Source: Psammoneis japonica
Taxonomy: Eukaryota
Reading direction: 5' to 3'
Assembly: GCA_008632985.1 (NCBI GenBank)
Contig: QPGO01000317.1
Location: 1 to 58,484, forward strand
Length of the DNA: 58,484 nucleotides
This document shows, piece after piece, positions 51,250 through 58,484 of the stretch (position 1 is its first letter; the number at the start of each line of letters is the position of its first letter). The position numbers and the translations under genes are program-made. The notes under the pieces were generated by a model, which was given only the letters and a program-made list of their open reading frames with translations, was not told the origin of the DNA and did no database searches.

Positions 51250-51925
51250 TGATCGGTGCTGTCCAATCACCACAGCGATGTGTGTTTTCTCACCACCTGC
51301 AGCACTGCGACTGGTGTCGTCCAGTCACCGCAGTGGTTCTGTCCAGTTGATCAACGAACCGCGTCGGTGCCACCCGTTCACCGCAGCGCTGTGTCGTCTT
51401 CTCACAACCTGTGCAATCAGGTCGCTGTGAGTGCTGCAACTGGTGCTGTCCAGTCACTGCAGCTGAGTCAATCAGTTGCTTGACGAACTGCGTCGGTGCT
51501 GCCCGATCACCGCAGCATTGTGTCGTGTTCTCACAACCTGTGCGATCAGGTCTCTGCGAGAGCTGCGACTGGTGTCGTCCAGTCACCGCAGCTGAGCTTG
51601 TGCATTGTCTCACAACCTGCATCACGAGGTGCAGCGCTGTGTTGTTTGCTCACAACCTGTGCAATCAGGTCGCTGTGAGAGCTGCGACTGGTGTCGTCCA
51701 GTCACCGCAGCCAAGTGAATTAGTTGCTTGACGAACTGCGTCGGTGCCATCCGATCACCGCAGCATTGTGTCGTGTTCTCACAACCTGTGTGATCAGGTC
51801 TCTGTGAGAGCTGCGACTGGTGTCGTCCAGTCACCGCAGCTGAGCTTGTGCGTTGTCTCACAACCTGTGTTGCCAGGTCACTGTGAGAACTGAGAACTGC
51901 GATCGGTGTGGCCCAATCACCGTAG
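51250..51925 (+). repeat. Complex hairpin-containing minisatellite upstream of Rep/Hel (higher-order unit about 248 bp)
   Basis: ctgcgactggtgtcgtccagtcaccgcag occurs about 5 times and ctcacaacctg about 6 times. 51401-51620 matches 51649-51870. Confidence 0.88.
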
Positions 51926-52084
51926 TTGGATGCTTTTCGTTTCCCTTTGCGCAAAGGTTCTGTCACAAAAAAGTGAGACGAAAGTGTGCCTCTTTCACCT
52001 CGACGGAAGAGTGACGTGTGCGTTCCTCCCACGCCCTTCTTTGCACCAGACGTGCGACATCCCACTTAGTTTCGTCGACGTTGA

Positions 52085-52185
52085 AATCCCATGGGACAAG
52101 ATTTGGATCTTGTTCAAGTTGTTTCGACCATCTGCTCTGAACATTCCATGGGGTGAGATTCGGATCTTGTTCAAGTTGTTTCGGC
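52085..52185 (+). repeat. Short direct repeat, 2 copies about 55 bp apart
   Basis: ccatggg..agatt.ggatcttgttcaagttgtttcg occurs twice. Confidence 0.8.
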
Positions 52186-52730
52186 AATCTTGGTGGTGGG
52201 CGCAGCTTTGCGCAAATTCCGCAGAATCACGCTTTGACGAGTGGCGGGGCAGTTGAGTCAGTCGTGTGGCAATGACAATGCGATTGACGTCATTCGTGTT
52301 TCCAAAGTGCGCGTGAATCCTCCAAATGGGTGGTGGGCCCACCTCAGCCAACTGTCGGCACAGCATGTGGTGACAGCGATGGCGTTGACCGTTTGACGAC
52401 TAGATTTTGTGCGCGATGGCCGCGCGGCAGCAACGGCTGAAATGCACATGAAGCACGGACGGAATTGCACGTGATTTTGCGCATTTTCAGCAAACTCAGT
52501 GCGACTTTGCGTGCTCCGATCCTTGCATCTGTTTTGTTCAAATTGAATCCATGCACCACTTGCAAGTGCTGACACCTGGAAGGTTGCCTTGTTGCAGTTC
52601 AACGTGTTTGGATCTAGTTGCTGACGTTGCCAGTTCTCCTTGGCATGATGCACGCAGCTCTGCTGGGTCTTTCTTGGCACTTCTGAACGATCGCACTTTT
52701 TGTTCCCACAATTTCTCTCCGACTGATTCG

Positions 52731-53603
52731 ATGGCACGCAAAAGAAACACAACGACCTCCCCGGCTGCGAAAGCCAAAGTCACCGAAACCAAACAGAAGA
52801 AGGCAAAGACGAAGTTTTCTGATGCTCTGTTGAAGAAACTAAGTCCGCCCCGCAAGACCAACGGCTTGACCGACGACGACCTTAAGCCGGAAGACTGCCT
52901 TGCCAAGCATGGGTTCAAGCTTTTCAAATCTGCCGGTTCTGACGATGGCAGCCATTCCGATGAGGACGCCCTCCTGCGCTGTGCCACCGTCACTCTCGGC
53001 CACAAGAAAGGCGTCGTTTTTCGTTTCCAAGCCAAGAATCCCCTTTCAACCAATGTTTGGTCGGAGAAGGTTCTGTTTGATGACCTTCGCAGCAGGACTC
53101 CGTGGGCAGTTCAAGTCGGATTCCACCCTTGCACTGGCAGGTGGGTTCACGAAGGCGAGTTGCAGATGAACGCCAAGAACTGCGCCGTGCGTCTCTTCTT
53201 CATCTTCCTCGAAGAAGTCCCAACCAATGCCAAAGTGTGCAGCCTCGGGAAGTGCACCGCAAAGCAGCTCAACGATGACCCTGAGAACAACACCGAGGTC
53301 TTCGTTGAAGACGACTTCTTCTGGATGAAGGATGCTGTTTGGTCCGAAGTGATCGGCAACGAGGCGGCGCCCACCGAGCTTCAGAAGGAAGGTGGTCAGT
53401 TTCACATCGGTTGGCACGCCCAGAACAAGAACTTGCTTCACAGTTGCTTCTGCGAGGGGTCGTTGCCTGTGGAACTCTGTCGTCTCATTGGAGCTCCGGC
53501 AGAAGAAGCTGGAGAAGAGGCCGACGATGATGTCGAGCTCAACTGCGAAGTTGACCTGAACGTCGATGACGACTTGGTGCTTCAGGACAGCGACGAAGAC
53601 TGA
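52731..53603 (+). CDS. Hypothetical protein with basic N-terminus and acidic C-terminus; probable Helitron cargo, hypermutated
   Basis: Open frame MARKRNTTTSPAAKAK...LQDSDED with coding-like codon usage. Tyr-free. Confidence 0.6.
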   Translation: MARKRNTTTSPAAKAKVTETKQKKAKTKFSDALLKKLSPPRKTNGLTDDDLKPEDCLAKHGFKLFKSAGSDDGSHSDEDALLRCATVTLGHKKGVVFRFQAKNPLSTNVWSEKVLFDDLRSRTPWAVQVGFHPCTGRWVHEGELQMNAKNCAVRLFFIFLEEVPTNAKVCSLGKCTAKQLNDDPENNTEVFVEDDFFWMKDAVWSEVIGNEAAPTELQKEGGQFHIGWHAQNKNLLHSCFCEGSLPVELCRLIGAPAEEAGEEADDDVELNCEVDLNVDDDLVLQDSDED

Positions 53604-53759
53604 GTTGTTTTTTTTTTTTGCCGGTGCAGTGTAAATTTGTAAATGTTTGGCAAACTAAGTGTCGATTGCAACTCAGCTTTCCTCTGTCTCTTCAAGCGTG
53701 TGCCATCTCCGACGACAACTTTTCGTTACCGCGAAGCAATGGCGAATTGAGCAGAGTAG

Positions 53760-54668
53760 CTAGCGTGTGACGTCCAGTGCAGCGACAGCAAAAAAACAGT
53801 TCAGTTGAGTTCTTTGGCCTTTCGCGACGGGCAAATGCTTCCGTTCCAAGTGTGTCGGAGTGGGACGTCGCATGTGCTGGCTGGTTGACTGAGAAGTCTC
53901 CTCTTTCTTGGTGCACTTGTGGAAGACGAGATGTTTCACGTCTCCGCTGTGCCACAAAAAGTCGCCATCATGGCAATCCGCCGTGAAGGACTCGCACATC
54001 CACTCTCCCGCGTGCGACGCGAACAGCGGATCTAGCGCCACCACCACGGTCCCAGCACGACACAACTTCGAAAGCATCGCCTCTGCCTTCTGCTGTGTGT
54101 TCTTGTCGTCGACCATGCGGGAGTTGCAGTTGTTGAAGAACACCTTGAGTCCTTTCTTTTTCCACAAAGGAGCCAGCCTCTCGTCCAAGAATGACTTGTT
54201 GATCAACTCTAACCCGCCGTTCGAGCGAAGGCCAGCACGATGAGCCCAACGTACAGCCTCTTGGTGACGATCGTGGTCGGCCTCGATGCTCACCACGGTG
54301 CAACGGCGACGAAGTAACTTGAGCCCGATGCTGGGTCCGGCAACTCCCCCGCCCATGTCGACAGATGTGTCGCAGGTGTGATTCACGCCAAGAAGGCGTT
54401 CGTTCAAAAACACTTCGCTGCTCAAAGCGAAGCCAACTTCGCCGCCGTGCGAAGATCCGCTTCCGTCTCCGGAGACACGCCTGCTCTGGAACGCGGAGTC
54501 CGGAGCCGTTTGAAGACAAAACTCCCTGACACTTCTGCAACGATGGTTCATCGCATCCAACCTTGTGGCAACATCAACCTTGCTTGCAGCGGGTTCGACC
54601 AGACGTCGCGTTTCCAAACCAAACTGTGACGTGCGCAGAATGCGTAAAATTACCGTCGCACCCTCCAT
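53760..54668 (-). pseudogene. DOT1-like class I SAM-dependent methyltransferase, hypermutated
   Basis: SHGGE (compare DOT1 YGE), VDMGGGVAG (motif I), VVSIE (motif II), SFLD, VFFNNC (compare DOT1 IFVNN) and GTVVVAL. Confidence 0.6.
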
Positions 54669-55133
54669 GCACGCGAAATTTTCAAATGCGGCGTGCTGCC
54701 TCTACCTGCGCATGGAGCGACGTACAAAGTCATTTTAAACAGATGTGCAGACGCGTTGAAACAACAAGACGCCTTTGGGCGATAAAATTTGTTTTGAATC
54801 TCGGCCTGCTTCTCATCGTTGCCGCACTTGTACATCCATGTAATTCAAACGCACGAGCTGGCATGGCACGTGACGCACTTCTACGCGAGAACTCGCACTG
54901 AGATTGCCGTGGGATGATCCTCCCTCCGCGGAGACAAAAACAACGCGACAACACTTCCGTCATTGTGTTTTGAAACACATTTCAAATTGAGACACACCAT
55001 GTCGCAACTGCCTCGTGCCTCGCTGCGTCGTCCCACCAACGACAAGCACTTGTCGCGATCGAGTTACAGCCGGTCTCGACAGTGTGGGGGTTTGGGACGT
55101 GCAGCTCGCAGCCCGACAACAAGCAAATGCTTC

Positions 55134-55302
55134 TCGCGATTGGGTTTCGACCCCACTCCCCTGGAGTCCGCCGGTCCCTGTCAACAGAGTTTTGCTTTGG
55201 GTGCTCTTGAGGCAACGGAAAGCAGACACATCTCTCGATTGGGTTTTGACCCCACTCCCCTGGAGTCCGCCGGTCCCTGTCGACAGAGTTCTGCTTTGGG
55301 CA
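55134..55302 (+). repeat. Direct repeat, 2 x about 70 bp
   Basis: cgattgggttt.gaccccactcccctggagtccgccggtccctgtc.acagagtt.tgctttggg occurs twice. Confidence 0.9.
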
Positions 55303-55388
55303 CTGTTGAGACGACAGTGACAGTGTCAAGCAGCGGAACATTTGCCGGCAAGTTCGCACACACGTTCTCTGCGAACACCGCATCGTCA

Positions 55389-56429
55389 ATGCGCACCAGG
55401 ACACACGAGAACATGTTGAGGGCTCAACCGCCACTTCGTAAGGCCCACCGCAGCCGCAGGCGAATCCGCAGCCGCGCCAGCAGGAAAACATCCAAGATTG
55501 CTCGCCTCGTTCCACTCGCACCGTGCGCCACTGAGAGTCTCTCCATGCACTGCGTAGCTGACCGCACTCTAGTTTATAACGGCGACTACACTCAGCCTGC
55601 ACCACCTTGTCTTGCTGACATTGACTTTGCCGAATTGGCTCCTCTGGTCGTCTGTGACCCTGTGCTCGATCTGAAGCCTTTCTTTGGCTTGGACGGTTGC
55701 CGCTGCGACAACACCTGCACCCTGCTGCCGCGTTCTGCTGTGGTGTTCAGCTCCCCCAACCCAGCAGAACTAGTTGCTCAGTGCCGAGCGCTCGAAGCAC
55801 TAGAATGCTGCACCGCCCAGTCCACCGTGCGCGGCAAACAACGCGTTACCTTCATGGAGACGGACAGGAGCAAGCATTCCACGATTGGCCTGGCTGCCAC
55901 GAGGGACGCTCGAATTTCTTGCAAGCAGCCTGGCACAGCCGACCAACACACTCACCACCTCACCAGACTTCTTTCACGCATGGAGCACCTTGTCAATGAG
56001 TGCGTGGACTGCCATCCTCAGGGCATCGCTCGTGTCAAAAAGTTTCACAACTGGAAATCCCTGGTGCGGTCAGATGGCATTTTCTCCTCTCTGGCGGCTG
56101 GGCGCAATGTCTTCCTCAACGCCCATCGGGACCAGGACTTCTTCCTGTCAGCAGTCACCGTGGTGGGAGTCCCTCCGTCCGGCAGCTACACCATGAATGA
56201 CGGGATTGTGGCGCACTTCTGCTTCCCCACCGAAGGCATCTCCGTTGCACTCCGGCTTGGTGATGTCATCATTTTTAACCCCACCAAGTGCCACTGCATC
56301 TCCAGCAGGACAAACTCAAACGACGAGTTCTTCTGCGTGTCTCTCTACCTGAAGAGTGCTGCAGTGGGCAAGAACAACAATTCAATCCCCCTTTCTCTAG
56401 AGGAAGAGACCATTCTCAGGCGACTGTGA
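55389..56429 (+). CDS. 2OG-Fe(II) dioxygenase, TET/JBP-like (start uncertain; frame open from 54963)
   Basis: FSSLAAGRNVFLNAHRDQD (HxD), VAHFCFP..GISVALRLGDVIIFNP..CHC (distal His) and terminal strand CVSLYLK. Confidence 0.7.
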   Translation: MRTRTHENMLRAQPPLRKAHRSRRRIRSRASRKTSKIARLVPLAPCATESLSMHCVADRTLVYNGDYTQPAPPCLADIDFAELAPLVVCDPVLDLKPFFGLDGCRCDNTCTLLPRSAVVFSSPNPAELVAQCRALEALECCTAQSTVRGKQRVTFMETDRSKHSTIGLAATRDARISCKQPGTADQHTHHLTRLLSRMEHLVNECVDCHPQGIARVKKFHNWKSLVRSDGIFSSLAAGRNVFLNAHRDQDFFLSAVTVVGVPPSGSYTMNDGIVAHFCFPTEGISVALRLGDVIIFNPTKCHCISSRTNSNDEFFCVSLYLKSAAVGKNNNSIPLSLEEETILRRL

Positions 56430-56543
56430 CAGTGCAAAATAACTTGCTAAATTTGCGTAAATTTGCTGACTTTCTGTACTCAGGCGACTGTGCAGGCACC
56501 TGCTAATTTGCTAGATTTGCGTAAATTTGCCGACTTTCTGTTC
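56415..56543 (+). repeat. Tandem duplication, 2 x about 64 bp, spanning the dioxygenase stop codon
   Basis: ctcaggcgactgtg...tttgcgtaaatttgc.gactttctgt occurs twice. Confidence 0.8.
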
Positions 56544-56651
56544 TTCCTCGTTCCCATTTTTCGAACCACAACTGGGGCTACGCCTTTCCAACTAATGCTG
56601 CAGTTTCGCTGAAAAACACCAACACACTGTGCTGCTAATTTACAGAGCACA

Positions 56652-58181
56652 CTACACGGCAAACGTTTTGCCAGACGCAGAGCTTCTCCCCCCCGACTTG
56701 GGGAGTAGACGCGATTTCTTCTTCCGATTCATGGCACCCGACGTCGCCTTCCTCTTCTTCTTCTTCTTCTCCGATTCGTCCAAGTTGCATCTGCAGAGAA
56801 ATTCCTCCCCGGGCATGATTCGCTTCGTGACTGCCAAGCACCCGTCATTGTAGAACTCGCAGTTGTTGTCCGCGTGTTGGCTTGCCTTGATCTTCTTCTT
56901 GTCCTTGAACGACTCGGTGGCATCGTTCACGCAGTGCATTCCGAGGTAGAGTGGATGGGAATTCTTGTTCCCTGGACCGCTAAAATCAAGCGGTTTTGGC
57001 TCCACTGTGACGCAGTGGCCCTCGCTGTCACGGATGGTGGAGCAGCACACGCTGTGGTCTTCTCCAAACTTGCTGTCATGGTCGTGCCACGAGCAGCTCC
57101 TCGTCGTACCGGGCACCCTGGGGCCCACGTAGATTCCAACCGTGCTGCCTTTCTGGAACTGGCGCAAAGCAAAAAAACCAATGCCTGCGCCCCTCCGTTG
57201 CGATGCGCGTAGCTCGCCCACCTCCACCTCCTTGGGGCCTGCGGAGCGAACGGACTTTTCGAGGCAAAACAACGCAGGTTGAAGTGACACGGCGCCTCAT
57301 CCAAATGTGCACACTTCTGCACTTGCTCTCTTCACGAGATGGACCAGTGCGAGCGACCACCCCGCTTCGAAAGCCTCGACGGCGGTCTTGAACACTTTGT
57401 TGCTCTTCGGCGTCGAGTCTGGGATGCCCCTCTCGCCGACTTCCGTGCGGCACTCCACACCCACTTGCAGTGTTCGCCGTGAGCATTCGCGACGGCTTCA
57501 GGGTCGCTCCTGATGCACCCCAGTTCTCCCAGCGCGGGGAACCAGAGGTCGGGATCATTCGGCGCATCCTTCATCAGGCACATGGACTCCTGGAATTTAT
57601 CGGATTTTTCGTGCCGCAACACCCAGTCCCACAAGTCGAATGACGGATCGTTGGGGTCCGGAAATTGCTTTCCTTCTTCTTCCTCTTCCGCCGTTGCTTT
57701 CGCGACCACTTTGGCCGCGGGCTTGGCTGCCTCCTCGCTTTTGCCGCTGCAAAAAGGTGGACCTCCGGTTTCACAAAGGTGGCCTGATCACCCACCAACT
57801 CGATCTTGCAACCGGCCTCAAGGAGCTGCTCGGCGGTGCAACCCAGCTGCTGTGCTTCATTCCAACCACAAATTTGAAAGGTTGGCTCCGGCGGCACGGC
57901 TTTCTCCTCTTTTCAGTTTGGGACTGCGCCGGCTTCTCCGACATCCTTGCGCGTTCGGACTCGACGGACACACCCTCGGCACTTCCCTCGGCGCCAAGTG
58001 CAGTCATGGCAGCTGCCGCCGCGCCTTCGGCGCCCGTGAGTTCTGCCATTGGCACTTCCCTCGGCGCCAAGTGCAGTCATGGCAGCTGCCGCCGCGCCTT
58101 CGGCGCCCGTGAGTTCTGCCATGACTTCCGAGCTGCTGCATCCTCTGCTTTGCCAGACGCAACGATGTTGTCCTCCGCCAT
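56652..58181 (-). pseudogene. SET-domain lysine methyltransferase with low-complexity N-terminus, frameshifted and hypermutated
   Basis: GAGIGFFA..QFQKG..VGIYVG, LGMHCVND, NNC and KRIMPGEEFLCRCN (compare GEELxxxY). Upstream pieces in other frames reach an ATG at 58181. Confidence 0.75.
57978..58122 (+). repeat. Tandem repeat, 2 x 72-73 bp
   Basis: ggcacttccctcggcgccaagtgcagtcatggcagctgccgccgcgccttcggcgcccgtgagttctgccat occurs twice. Confidence 0.95.
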
Positions 58182-58484
58182 TCTAGCACCGTGATGACAG
58201 AGCTGCACTCACTGCTGTGTGGTGTGCTGCTTTGTTCCAGCCGTTGGCGATCCACATCCTTCTGCGCACGCAAACGTGTGACACTTTGCACCAAATTCCA
58301 CGTAGTCGTCTGCACCTGTCTGCGTCCGTCTTCACTGCTGTGCGCACTACGCACTGCAGCGCACCCTTTCAAACCTTCATCAATGTTTGTTTTTTCCTTC
58401 CTTTTCCTTTTCTCTTCTTCTTCATCTGGCTGGGAGGAACTGCTGGACAGCCGGCCTCATTTCTCGGCATGTTGCCACGCAGAA

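Larger units (their letters stand above)
44460..58484. mobile_element. Helitron-type element region, TpA-depleted but CpG-retaining; termini not identified
   Basis: Contains the Rep/PIF1 gene. The adjoining genes share the same mutational state. Confidence 0.7.

Noticed and set aside
51250..51925. CRISPR-like array of palindromic 29-bp repeats
   Set aside because: The spacers are themselves repeated and vary in length, there are no cas genes, and the context is eukaryotic.

Overview
This window is eukaryotic DNA. Short GT-AG introns and the transposon families suggest a diatom or other stramenopile, which is an inference. A central island of host genes (about 24.3-44.2 kb) holds a quinone oxidoreductase, two paralogous repeat proteins, an AP-3 mu adaptin, a GT15 mannosyltransferase, a hypothetical protein and a double-CAP protein. 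It is flanked, and interrupted at about 28.1-34.2 kb, by transposon-derived DNA. Recognisable elements are: (1) an ISL2EU-type DNA transposon (9258-14313) with TIRs and an AT TSD, whose partner gene is an XPG/EXO1 nuclease-SAP-SWIM protein; (2) Plavaka-like remnants; (3) a piggyBac-like element (29730-34234, TTAT TSD) whose transposase has a YqaJ exonuclease inserted between its second and third catalytic Asp; (4) a Helitron-type Rep/PIF1 gene next to a cluster of DOT1-like, TET/JBP-like and SET-domain genes. The strongest signal is that transposon DNA, but not host genes, has lost nearly all TpA dinucleotides through TA->CA/TG transitions. Tyr becomes His/Cys even at catalytic positions, and TAA/TAG stops are erased. 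This looks like a repeat-targeted hypermutation running in the opposite direction to fungal RIP. All family calls are motif recognition by eye; no database searches were run.
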